Positions 50,671-62,449 of a DNA stretch of 64,000 nt are shown here, piece by piece; position 1 is the stretch's first letter, and the number at the start of each line of letters is the position of its first letter. A program made the position numbers and the translations under genes. A model generated the notes under the pieces. It was not told the origin of the DNA, did no database searches, and saw nothing but the letters and a program-made list of their open reading frames with translations. This DNA comes from Octopus vulgaris (taxonomy: Eukaryota): NCBI GenBank assembly GCA_951406725.2, contig OX597826.1, positions 83,576,001 through 83,640,000 on the forward strand, given 5' to 3'.

Positions 50671-51489
50671 GGTGGTGGTGGTGGTGGTGGTGGTGGTGGT
50701 GATAATGATGATGATGATGATGATGATGAGGCGGCGGCAGAGGAGGAGGAGGAGGAAGCGGAGGGAGGAGAGGAGGGGAGGAGGAGAGGAGGGGAGGAGG
50801 AGAGGAAGAAGGCGGGAGGTGGAGGAGGAAGAAGAAGAAGTGGAGGAGGGGGAGGGGGAGGATATATGTGTTGTTTATTCTATTTTAAGCTTTGCTTCTT
50901 GTAGAAGAGCACTCAACCCTATGGGATGCACACACACACACACACCCACATGTTGACATGTAGCTGCCTCAATAGTTGTCATCAACACTGGAATCTTGCT
51001 GCCTTTCCTTCAGCAGATCTGACACTTGTACAAAAGACAAAAGACGAGAGACATAAAAAAAACCCCAGAAAAGTAGAAAATATTCCTGATCCAGCTATGA
51101 TGACCCAGAAGAAAGAAAATGAATTCAGAGAAAGCGCTCCAGGTGGCCAATGGAATAGTTTGAGTGCAAATTCCTTAATTATTTTGTCATGTAATTCTTT
51201 TCTCATATCCAATAAAACCTGTTTCTTGATAAAAATGCAAACCATTAAAGAAGTCTTCCCTTCATCTTTTGTGCATCTTCAGCAGAAGCAAATTCCTTCC
51301 AAGGTCAAGGAATTTCTTTCGTTTGCTGCCACATTTGTGAAAATGGTGAGGAAAAGTGGAATTAGTTTGGGACTAAGCAGACACACCAGTGTATGAGAAG
51401 TAATTATATGATGGCATGGCTTGACCAACACTGGCTGAAGTCAGTGTCACTGTCAGGTATGGGTGGGGTGGTGGTGGTGGGGGGGGGGG

Positions 51490-51895
51490 TAAGACGTTTG
51501 CTCCCCAATCACATGGTTCTAGGTTCAGTCTCACTGCATGGCACCTTGGACGAGTGTCTTCCACCATTGCCTTGGGCCAAATAATGCCTAGTGAGTGGAT
51601 TTGGTAGACAGAAAATGAAAGAAGCCTGTCATGCGTGTGTGTGTATGTGTGTGTTTTTGCGCGCGTGTGTGTGTGTGTGTGTGTGTTTGTCCCCCAACAC
51701 CACTTGGTGTATTGGTATGTGTCCATCCCTGTAACTTAGCAGTTTGGCAACAGAGACCAATAGAATAAGTTCCTGGCTTAAAAGAATATAAGTTCTGAGG
51801 TCAAGTTATTCAACTAAAAGTTCTCCAAGGCGGTGCCCCAGCATGGCCCCTGTCAGACAAGACTGAAACAAGATGGAAGATAACAAAATAAAAGA
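51490..51895 (+). mobile_element. SINE family B, near full length
   Basis: cacatggttctaggttcagtc...gagtggatttggtagac..(TG)n..gtaacttagcagtttggcaa..gcggtgccccagcatggcc. Confidence 0.8.
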
Positions 51896-52786
51896 TATTC
51901 CATAAATGTACCTGAGACCATTTACCCCCAACTTATAAGGAAACATATTAGTGTAGGGACACAGGGTGTGTGTGTGTGTGTGTTATGTGTGTGTGTGTGT
52001 GTGTGTGAGTGTATGTATGTGCATGTGTGTGTGTGTGTGTGTGTTATGTGTGTTGTGTGTGTGTGTGTGTGTTCAGTTCTGTCTACTTCTTACCTTCTAA
52101 CAACAGTTGTAAACTTGTTGCTGACATCTGATGACACGAAACTTACGGAGATGCAACAGAAAAAAACAGCAAAAATAATGAAATGTTTAATAATTGCACA
52201 GTTTTAGGAGGAGAAGAAGTTGAAAAGAATAAGAAGCAGAATGTTTTTAGCTGAAGAACTCGAGACATTTGGTCTGTGATTCTTGCTTGAATCACTTTAT
52301 AAGTTTGTTGTTGTATTTGAAATGAGTGGAAAGTGACTGTTCTGACATAATACCAATTCTTGACTTCATTGATCTCTTGGAATCAATGGTTGTCATAGCA
52401 TCGTGGTTAGCTACTTGTGATGACAGTTAGATCTAAAGATGACATTAAAGTGGTGAATGGGTTTTCAAACTGAAGGACATCACTCAACTGGAATGGTGAA
52501 AGTTCTGAAGAGAATTGTGTGATGATAGCCAAGTAGAGTCAGACTCAAGAAATACTGATGCGATTGAATGACCAATGGCTATAAGCATCATTTCGGTTGC
52601 TATGGCAATGCTTCTGCATCTTTTGCAATGCATTTGTTGGCCAGGTTTTATTGGTCTTCGGAGAGATTTGTCAAGTTATTTCGTGACTTTGCTGGTGCTG
52701 GTCCAGTGTTAAAAGAACACCATCCTCCTCCTCCTCCTCACCAACATCATCATCATCATCATCATCATCACTACACCACCACCACC

Positions 52787-52818
<32 letters not shown>

Positions 52819-53183
52819 TATCATCACATACCCCATACAACCATGCCAAAACTGACCTTGTCTGTGTTGGTGTCACATAAAATGCACTCAGTCCACTCTA
52901 CGTTGTGGTCGGCATCAGGAAGGGCAGCCAGCAGTAAAGATCATGCCAAGTTACCACACAGTGGAACTGAACTATACATGCCAAGTTTGTTACCACACAG
53001 CCACACCTGCACCTATGTATGTATATGTGTGTGTGTTTGTGTGTGTATGTGTGTGTGTGTGCATTTATGGGGGTATATATGTGTCTATATATGTGTACAT
53101 CTATATATATATACATCTACACATAAATGTATGTATACATATGCATGTATATATATATATATATACATCTATATCTATACATC

Positions 53184-53216
<33 letters not shown>

Positions 53217-53612
53217 ATGTTTTTTTTTTCTTTTACTTGTTTCAGTCATTTGACTGCGGCCATGCTGGAGCACCGCCTTTTAGTCATGCAAATCAACCCC
53301 GGGACTTATTCTTTGTAAGCCCAGTACTTATTCTATCACTCTCTTTTGCCGGACCGCTAAGTGACGGGGACGTAAACACACCAGCATTGGTTGTCAAGCA
53401 ATGCTAGGGGGACAAACACAGACACACAAACACACACACACACATACATATATACATATATATATAATAAATATAAGAGAGTGGTCACTATATTGATCAC
53501 TCTAGCACCAGTTAATCCAAAAGGTTTCAACCACGAAAAATACATGTTTCCCATGAAAGCCAGTACGACTGTTAGCTCACACGGACAGGGCAAATAAAAA
53601 ATAACAAAAATA

Positions 53613-53706
53613 CAGATTATTTTGGGACAATTGTTTCGCTATTAATGAATTAAATGTAATATTACTTACAATAATCCATTTGTAGCTCTTCAGCCAAGAC
53701 TATCTG
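53613..53706 (-). ncRNA. Canonical type I hammerhead ribozyme (inverted copy)
   Basis: Exact reverse complement of 54396-54489. Confidence 0.88.
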
Positions 53707-54395
53707 GATGAAATCCACTCAATCACACGCCAGATTTTACCATAACGATAAATACGCGTGCGGTTCAATTGATTACATCGGACGTTATAATTCAAATGCC
53801 CCAACCAACAGCGCGCCAAACTCTCACGGAAAACAAATACAGCATTTAGAAATAAATGCAGCATAATTATAATTAATTAATAAGGGTGAGAGAATTAGAT
53901 ACTAATTTAATAGTATATTTATTCCACACCAAGTGGCCTAGTGCTACGAGAAACCTGGATTATTATAATATTTTATAACATATAATATTTTATAACATAT
54001 TATAATATTTTATAACATATTATAATATTTTTCGTGGTTGAAACCTTTTGGATTAACTGGTGCTAGAGTGATCAATATAGTGACCACTCTCTTATATTTA
54101 TTTTGTGAAAATATTATAATATGTTATAAAATATTATAATAATCCAGGTTTCTCGTAGCACTAGGCCACTTGGTGTGGAATAAATATACTATTAAATTAG
54201 TATCTAATTCTCTCACCCTTATTAATTAATTATAATTATGCTGCATTTATTTCTAAATGCTGTATTTGTTTTCCGTGAGAGTTTGGCGCGCTGTTGGTTG
54301 GGGCATTTGAATTATAACGTCCGATGTAATCAATTGAACCGCACGCGTATTTATCGTTATGGTAAAATCTGGCGTGTGATTGAGTGGATTTCATC

Positions 54396-54489
54396 CAGAT
54401 AGTCTTGGCTGAAGAGCTACAAATGGATTATTGTAAGTAATATTACATTTAATTCATTAATAGCGAAACAATTGTCCCAAAATAATCTG
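54396..54489 (+). ncRNA. Canonical type I hammerhead ribozyme
   Basis: CAGAT..TTGG-CTGAAGA-GCTA(aatggatta..tgtaa/ttaca..taattcatt)TAGC-GAAA-CAATTG-TC-CCAA..ATCTG. Intact core, GUC site, predicted cut after 54476. Confidence 0.88.
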
Positions 54490-54947
54490 TATTTTTGTTA
54501 TTTTTTATTTGCCCTGTCCGTGTGAGCTAACAGTCGTACTGGCTTTCATGGGAAACATGTATTTTTCGTGGTTGAAACCTTTTGGATTAACTGGTGCTAG
54601 AGTGATCAATATAGTGACCACTCTCTTATATTTATTTTGTGAAAATATTATAATATGTTATAAAATATTATAATAATCCAGGTTTCTCGTAGCACTAGGC
54701 CACTTGGTGTGGAATAAATATACTATTAAATTAGTATCTAATTCTCTCACCCTTATTAATTAATTACATATATATATACATATATACGACAGGCTTCTTT
54801 CAGTTTCCGTCTACCAAATCCACTCACAAGGCATTGGTCAGCCCGGGGCTATAGCAGAAGACACTTGCCCAAGATGCCATGCAGTGGGACTGAACCCGGA
54901 ACCATGTGGTTGGTTAGCAAGCTACTTACCACACAGCCACTCCTGCG

Positions 54948-54985
<38 letters not shown>

Positions 54986-55029
54986 TATATGTATACATCT
55001 ATATGTATACATCTATATCTATATATATA

Positions 55030-55488
55030 TATATGTATATATACATGTAAATTTAAATTTAAAATATTAAGGGTGAAAAATTTAGTATTAATTTGATTAA
55101 TATGAATTGAAAATCAGTGGTGTAGCATATAAAACTATAGTGGATCTTCTTCTAACAAAATGGAAGTCCACTGTTAATGGTTCATCCCTGTTATATAATA
55201 GTTTCACTTTAATAGTTTCAGTATCAAAGTGAAAGTATCTGACATTACAATAGAGAAATGTTTTTGTTTCACTTTTGACATGTAATACTGAAATAGTGGA
55301 GAAGATATGATATTGCTGTGGGCTCGCCCTAGGCAAGAAGTTAAAACATTTTTTTGCCCATGACACTACATGGACCCCAAGTAAGGCATGTGTAAAATTT
55401 GATTGAAAATGGTTGTGTAGTTCTAAAGTTTTAGGGATTCACACAGAGAGACAGACAGACACATATTCTCAGTTTTATTTATATAGAT
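55030..55488 (+). mobile_element. Possible non-autonomous Helitron-like element 3' part
   Basis: aaaatttgattgaaaatggttgtgtagtt..(acag)n..ttttatttatatagat resembles the ends of Lep1/HINE-type elements. Confidence 0.4.
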
Positions 55489-55513
55489 ATATATATATAT
55501 GTGTGTGTGTGTA

Positions 55514-55549
<36 letters not shown>

Positions 55550-55935
55550 CACACTCGTACATATATACATACATATGTATGTATATATGTATGTGTGTTT
55601 ATGTATGTATGTATGTATGCATGTATGTATGTATGTATGTAATTATGCATATATGTATGCGTATGTACATAAGTGTGTATGTATGTATGTCTGCATATAT
55701 GCTTGTATGTATGTATGCATGTATGTATGTATGTATGTATGTATGTATGTATGTATGTATGTATGTATGTATGTATGCATATATGTATGTATATGCATAA
55801 ACAGAGAACAGCTTTTGCATAAGATATATTAAAAGCAGGACTGTGTTTAAATTTAATTGCTTTTTTATTAATAATTTTTCACATTTTTTTATAAGTGTTT
55901 TATGATGAGTCTGAAATGGTACCATTGCTCACTCC

Positions 55936-56009
<74 letters not shown>

Positions 56010-56052
56010 ATAACACTTACTTGGAAAAGGATGCATGGCATTTGATCAAAAT

Positions 56053-56286
56053 AAGGCAGCAAGCTGGCAGAAACGTTGGCACGTCGGGCGAAATGCTTAG
56101 CGGTATTTCGTCTGCTTTACGTTGTGAGTTCAAATTCTGCCGAGGTCGACTTTGCCTTTCATCCTTTCAGGGTCGATAAATTAAGTACCAGTTACGCACT
56201 GGGGTCGATGTAATCGACTTAATACCTATGTCTGTCCTTGTTTGTCCCCTCTGTGTTTAGCCCCTTGAGGGTAATAAAGAAATAGG
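56053..56286 (+). mobile_element. tRNA-derived SINE family C (Meta-domain-like), well preserved
   Basis: aaggcagcaagctggcagaa..gagttcaaattctgccgaggtcgactttgcctttcatcctttcagggtcgataaattaagtaccag. Confidence 0.8.
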
Positions 56287-56309
56287 CACTTGATCATATA
56301 ATAATATAT

Positions 56310-56700
56310 ATACATGCATATACAGGACATCAGAAAAACGTAGACACAATGAGAAATGAGAACATAAAAACAAAAACATAGAAAACGAACTTTTTTTTGA
56401 ACAACGAAAGAAACAAATAAAGAAACGAGATATCCAACAGAAAGAACATACCCTCCATCAGTTGTCCCCTGTTGAATCTACTCCACATTTCGAAGGTAAG
56501 GAGAACCATCGAAACGTGGAGTAGATAAAACAGGGGACATTTAATGAAGAGAATGTTCTTTATGTTGCCTGCCTTGTTTCTCTGTTTGTTTCTTTCGTTG
56601 TTCAAAAAAAAGTTCGTTTTCTATGTTTTTGCTTTTTATGTTCTCATTTTTCATTGTGTCTACGTTTTTTTGATGTCCTGTACCCATATATGCATGTATA
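56310..56700. repeat. ~390-bp fold-back (inverted repeat, ~185-bp arms, ~19-nt spacer)
   Basis: tacaggacatc...ctactccacatttcga and tcgaaacgtggagtag...gatgtcctgta. Confidence 0.9.
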
Positions 56701-56758
56701 TATACATATATATGTAGGTATGTACATATCTGTATGTATATATACATATATTTATATG

Positions 56759-56800
<42 letters not shown>

Positions 56801-56825
56801 TTAGTTATTGTAGATATAGTATATA

Positions 56826-57730
56826 CAGAGGTTGGACAAAATAATGGAAACACTTAGTATCACAACATCCTAATTTTGAAATATCTATAAAAACTGTCAA
56901 AAGCTTGTTCATTTTTATGTAGTTTTGATTTATTATTAGTGTTTTGCTAAAATTGCTGTTTCTTTCCAGATATCATCAGAAAAAGGTAATTAAAACTCAT
57001 TAAAATGGCAGATCTATCGGACTGGTGCTCGCATGGCAGGTGCTAGCTTAATGAAAACAGCCGAAATGTTTGGTGTATCAAGAAGTACTGTCTCGAAAGT
57101 AATGACAGCCTTTGAGAAAGAGGGAAAAACCTCCTCGTCAAAACAAAACTCCGGAAGAAAACCAAAGCTTTCAGATAGGGACTATCCGACTCTTACGTGT
57201 ATTGTTAGAAAGGATCACAAAAGTACAGCTCCCAAAATTACTGCAGAGCTTGATGACCACCTCCAGAACCCAGTTTCCACAAAAACTGTTCACCAGGAGC
57301 TGCACAAAGCCAGATTTCATAGGAGGGCTGCAATCAGAAAACCTCTACTTTCAAAAAACAAATGTTGCAAAGAGTTTAGAGTGGAATAAAAACCTACAGA
57401 ATTGGTCCCTAGAGCAGTAGAAGAATGTTATTATCTCGGACGAGTCATCCTTTACTTTATTTCCGACCACCAGCCGAGTAAACATGTGGAGACAGCCAAA
57501 AGAAGCATTTGACCCAGACTGCCTTCTTCCAACTGTTAAACATGGAGGAGGATCAGTGATGATCAGGTGGTGGGGGGCTATATCCTGGAAATCCGCCGGC
57601 CCAGTGGTTTCCCTTCATGGCAGAATTAATGGTCAAGACTATTTAAGCATTTTCTCTGATCAAATTCATCCTGTGGTTGCAGAACTGATTCCAGAGGGAA
57701 AAGAAATCTTTCAGGATGACAATGCACCAA
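56826..57730 (+). mobile_element. Tc1-family (DD34E-type) transposon, 3'-truncated pseudogene
   Basis: TIR ta|cagaggttggacaaaataatggaaac. Peptides GVSRSTVSK..SGRKPKLSDRD, AAIRKPLLS, VIISDES, TVKHGGGSVM.WG and FQDDNAP. Confidence 0.92.
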
Positions 57731-58349
57731 AACATGAAGATGTCAACAAAATTGTCAATTGACCCCAGCCATGAAGATTACTGGTCCCTTAAAAACAGAC
57801 AACCAGGTTTATTTAAGATTTATCTTCACAATTAGAACAGGGCACATAGAACTCAGCGATCCAAGAGATGCCAAGCCCATGTCTGAACACACAAAGCATG
57901 AAGAAGCTGGTTTAATAGGTTAACCATTCAGCTATTTCCTCTCGTTAACAGAGTATATAAATAATTAATTAGGAACCAAGTGTCAAAGCCTGTTTCTTGA
58001 TATCTTACAGAATTCTTAGAAACCAAATCAAAACAAAATGGTGAGTGTTTGAAAGTATTAAAGAGAGGAAATAACAAACCAATCACTTCATGCACACATC
58101 CCACACCCTCTGTCCTTTTCTATTATTACAGCCATAGCCTACATACACACCCATATACATATATATGTATATATGCATACACACACGCACATATTTATGT
58201 GTGTGTGTGTATTTATAGCTTGCACAGCAGACGGGAAACAATGAATGAGATTTCAGCTAAAGATAATCATCAGAAGAGGAGCATTTCACACACAAAGATC
58301 TTATATAAAAAACACTTCATCCTCATCCCTACTCCCACTACCACCCCAT

Positions 58350-58646
58350 CATCATTCTCATCGTCGTCATCATCATCATCATTGTTGTTGTCGTGGTCAT
58401 CATCATCATCATCATCATCATCTTCGTCGTCGTCTTCATCATCATCATCGTCATCATCATCATTATTATTATCATTATTATTATTATCATCATCATCATT
58501 ATTATTATTATCATCATTATTATCATTATCATTATTATTATCATTATTATTATCATTATCATCATCATCATCATTATCATTATTATTATTATTATCATTA
58601 TTATTATCATTATCATCATCATCATCATTATCATTATTATTATTAC
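58350..58646. repeat. Compound (ATC)/(ATT) trinucleotide microsatellite
   Basis: Direct reading. Confidence 0.95.
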
Positions 58647-60595
58647 ATTTTAGTTACTAAAACAACATGAATGTGTTCTTTGATCTTCTCCATCCAAGAC
58701 AAATATATCTCGCATCCTTCATCTCTTCAGGCCACATACAACATAAAAGTTTGCCAAAATTTTGCCCCACCCCCACCCCCACCCCCACGATGTGATGAAA
58801 AATATTGTTTTCCAAAACCTTTAATTGTTTTTTTTATTTCTATTTTTACTAATTATTAGCCTTATTTACATCTTTATTGCAAGTCCCTGGCCCCTTATAC
58901 TAACATCTTTCATTCTGCACATTTCGTCACCCATTTGCATAAATCTACTTCTCTTCTCTTTGTTCGCAACACAATCTCTAAGAAACAGACTCTGTTATTT
59001 GCAATAATTTCTTCGTATTGGTTTGGTTCAGTTCGGTTCGGTTAGGGTAGTTGTGTTAAGGGTTTGGTATGAGTGGAAGGAACATGGATTTAATGGCTCC
59101 CAGATGCTAAGCAGGCAGCCGTTAACATTTAGTGAGCCTTGAAATAAATACACTGCTGGAATTTTATCTTCGAAGAAATTGTTTCATTATTATCAACATT
59201 TACTTTTTTTTAGATTTTATTTTTATTTTTACAAGGGTGGATAAGAGTAGGATGAGAGCAGTTTATATGTGTGTGTATGTATGAATGTATGCATGTGTGT
59301 GTGTGTATGTATATGTCTCTCTCTCTCTCTCTCTCTCTCATTTAAATATAAACATATTTTTTTTGAGAGGGAGAAATTGTGTGTGAGGGAACTGAATCTA
59401 TCCTGTAAAAGATAAGCTGACAGGTCTAACTGATAATGGTGAGTTACTAGTCAGAAGTCAAATAAAAAAAATCTTCCAAACCAAACTGGACCTATTAATA
59501 TTGTTTCCCCCCATCTGTCAGTCATCTGTGAAAACTTAACCCCACCCCCACCAGCTTCTGTTGTTGCTTTTTTCTTTTAAAAGCTGAAAAAAGAAACTAA
59601 TAGTGTAAAACCTATCAGTTCTGTTTGCAGGCAAAACCTAGATCAATGGCTTTTAACCATTTCTTACCTTTGGGCCCCCTTGATCATGATTTTACTCTGG
59701 TGGATTCCCCCAACCCCATAAGCCATTCAATGTTTCAAAACTAGTTTTATAGATTCTTCTTTCAAAATTCCTAATTTGTTTTTCTCTCACGTTGAACTGC
59801 GTAAAACATTTTCAAAAGAAATCTTACAGTTTCTTGCAATAAATAAAACCAAATTTATTCATGGAACCATTAAAATACTACTGTTGATCCCCAATTTGCT
59901 TGCATTGACCCCAAAAATCATACATGAACCCCTCACCCTGAGACTATATGGACCCCAGCTGAGAAGCATTGCTCTAGATAGATAACCATTTCACCTATGT
60001 TCATCCAATTTCTTTTTTCCAGGCATTGTGTATCTGGGACCCTATCAGCCACGTATTTCCCTTTTTCTCCACACAGAACAGTCCCCTCACATCAATCACA
60101 CTGCTTCCTTTATCACACTTATGTCCTTGGTTGCTCATCTTTTATCTGTTCGGTCATCACACTCTTCTCCCTTCAATATTCTGCTTATATTTGCCTTGAA
60201 AAGAATGGAGCCAGAGTGAAGAGAAATCTTTAATTTTGTAGGGAACCAGGCAACCTCTCCAGTGCTGGTGCTACAATAACTAACATTAAGAACATTGTGC
60301 AAAGGGCTTGCTAAATGATTGGTGACAAAGTAAGACGGAAAAGATTTTCCAGCCTTGTCAAACAAACGGCAACCTCTCTGGTGCTGGTTCCAGGTTTAGC
60401 ATCCAAACTTAGAAGCGAAGCAAAAAATTGAACTTTTGAATGATAAGTAGTTCTTCAGCTGACCCAGAAGGGCATTAATGCCAACTAACTTGGATTGTGA
60501 TGACCCTTCCAACCCATGCCAGCATGGAAAGCAAACAGAAATAATGACAAAAGCAAACAGAAACGGTGATGTTGCCACAAATGGCAAAGACAGAG

Positions 60596-60605
60596 ATGAT
60601 GGTGG

Positions 60606-60669
<64 letters not shown>

Positions 60670-60905
60670 GGTGGTGGTGGTGGTGGTGGTGGTGGTGGTG
60701 GCGGCGGCGGCGTCAGTCAGCGGCGGCGTCAGCAGCGGCGGCGTCAGCAGCGGCGGCGTCAGCAGCGGCGGCGTCAGCAGCGGCGGCGTCAGCAGCGGCG
60801 GCGTCAGCAGCGGCGGCGTCAGCAGCGGCAGTGGCAGTGGTGGTGGTGGTGGTGGTGGTGGTGGTGATAGTGATGACAATAACAGCAATGATGGTGATGA
60901 TGATG
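60596..60905. repeat. Compound (GAT)n-(GGT)n tract with embedded (cggcggcgtcagcag)n 15-mer
   Basis: About 7-8 copies of the 15-mer at about 60703-60828. Confidence 0.92.
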
Positions 60906-61039
60906 GCAAGAATGGCAAAAGACAGAAGACATTTTTATTGCATTTGAACCCCAAAACCTCTGGATTCTGATTTTCAATTTCATCAATCACTTTGATCCCT
61001 CCATGATCGATGAAATTTCAAAATGAAACAAATTCAATA

Positions 61040-61385
61040 CCTGTAATACGTCATTTCCTTTGTAAGGCTCAAAAGGCTGACTGAGCTATGTGGCCCATTG
61101 CAATACACAAGAAGACCCACCCAACACAACAGAGACCCTAAAACGAAGGTACCACATAAAAGGCAGTAGTGTGGGTGCTGGTACCACGCAAAAAGCACTG
61201 GTGCTGGTGCCAGTACCCTTTGTAAAGCGATTGGCAATTAGCAAGAGCATTTAGCAGGAGAAACTATGCCAAAACAGACTATGCGACCTGGTGTGGTTGC
61301 TGGCCTTGCCAGCTTCTGTCAAACTGTCCAAACCATGCCAGCATGGAAAACAGATGTTAAATGTTGATGATGATGATGATGATGT
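61040..61385 (+). mobile_element. Decayed family A tail
   Basis: gtcaaactgtccaaaccatgccagcatggaaaacagatgttaaatg..(gat)n. Confidence 0.7.
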
Positions 61386-62390
61386 GGGTTTAGAGTGACA
61401 TTGTCCTTATATGGCATATCTTGGGAAGGTCAGACTGACTGAGAAAATTAAACTTTTGTATTGCTATATAAAAGTCTACCTTTCAATTATTGCTGCCAGT
61501 TACCATTTCTTCACTCCACAAGTTTTAAACCCGATGACCATCATACATGAGAGACAAGCTCACAATAAGTCAAGTTTCTTAGTTCGCATATTGGTTATGG
61601 CACTAACGTCTTTCAAAAAGATATAAATAAAATCCATCATCACTTTTGAAACTTTCACAATTTCTAGAGATCCTAAATGCTTTTATCTTTGTAAGAAATC
61701 AATTTTGTTTCCATCCGAGCAATAACAAAATGAATTTGGTTTCCTTTTACGTCTGCTGGAAAAAAAAACGATGTATTCAGCATAAAATAAAACCCTTCAT
61801 TCAATCTGATAGAAAATTAATTGTAATATACTCATGTTACAGCAAACCCCTAATTACTGTTAGATCTGTGATAAAACAATCATCAGATAATTAAATACAA
61901 ATATTTGTAATTTATTACTTAAATAATTATTGTAAAAATTCTACTTAATTTAACAAAATAAAACACTCAAAGATAATCTAAAAGATTTCGTTTTTGAAAA
62001 TTGCATCAAGCACAAGAAATATTAATTTTTCTAATTCTTGATCAATGAAGGAGATAATGTGTAATGTGTTGTATATCAATTAAACATGTCAATCATTTAA
62101 AAATATTTAATTAATTACAAACAACAGCAGGTGGCCAAATCATTAAGTTGTCATGTCAGGCTCTGAGAAAAAGAGATCCTGCTAGTTTGAATTTTGTTCC
62201 CATGAGACCGATACTGTTTTAATGTCTCTAAGACATTAAATGGTTGAATGAGCCAAAAATGGATCCTCTAATTGGTTGACCAGTTGCACAGCATACAAAA
62301 TATAGCAGCAAAATATATATCAGATCATCATACTCTACTGAAAAGGAAGGACATATGGATAATTATAGATAATGATGTTCTAGATATATA

Positions 62391-62440
<50 letters not shown>

Positions 62441-62449
62441 CACACACAT

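Larger units (their letters stand above)
53466..54766. mobile_element. Candidate retrozyme / non-autonomous PLE: 534-bp hammerhead-bearing unit, one inverted copy plus about 1.4 tandem copies
   Basis: Plus-strand period is 534 (ttcgtggttg at 54031 and 54565). 53466 to about 54030 is the reverse complement of one monomer. No ORF, and a canonical hammerhead. Confidence 0.8.
53230..54950 (-). mobile_element. SINE family B split by a 1.3-kb insertion in its central microsatellite
   Basis: The 3' half (53230-53460) and 5' half (54785-54950) join into one copy collinear with 996-1405. Confidence 0.85.

Noticed and set aside
51013-51143. Possible coding exon (DLTLVQKTKDERHKK..)
   Set aside because: Plausible acceptor but weak donor, no recognisable homology and no partner exons.
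52128-52152. CTGATGA-cac-GAAAC hammerhead
   Set aside because: No room for stem II and no UH site with stem III pairing.
60478-60970. Poly-D/G/RRRQQ or (SSGGV)n protein
   Set aside because: Triplet-derived repeats in a retroelement tail, open in several frames.
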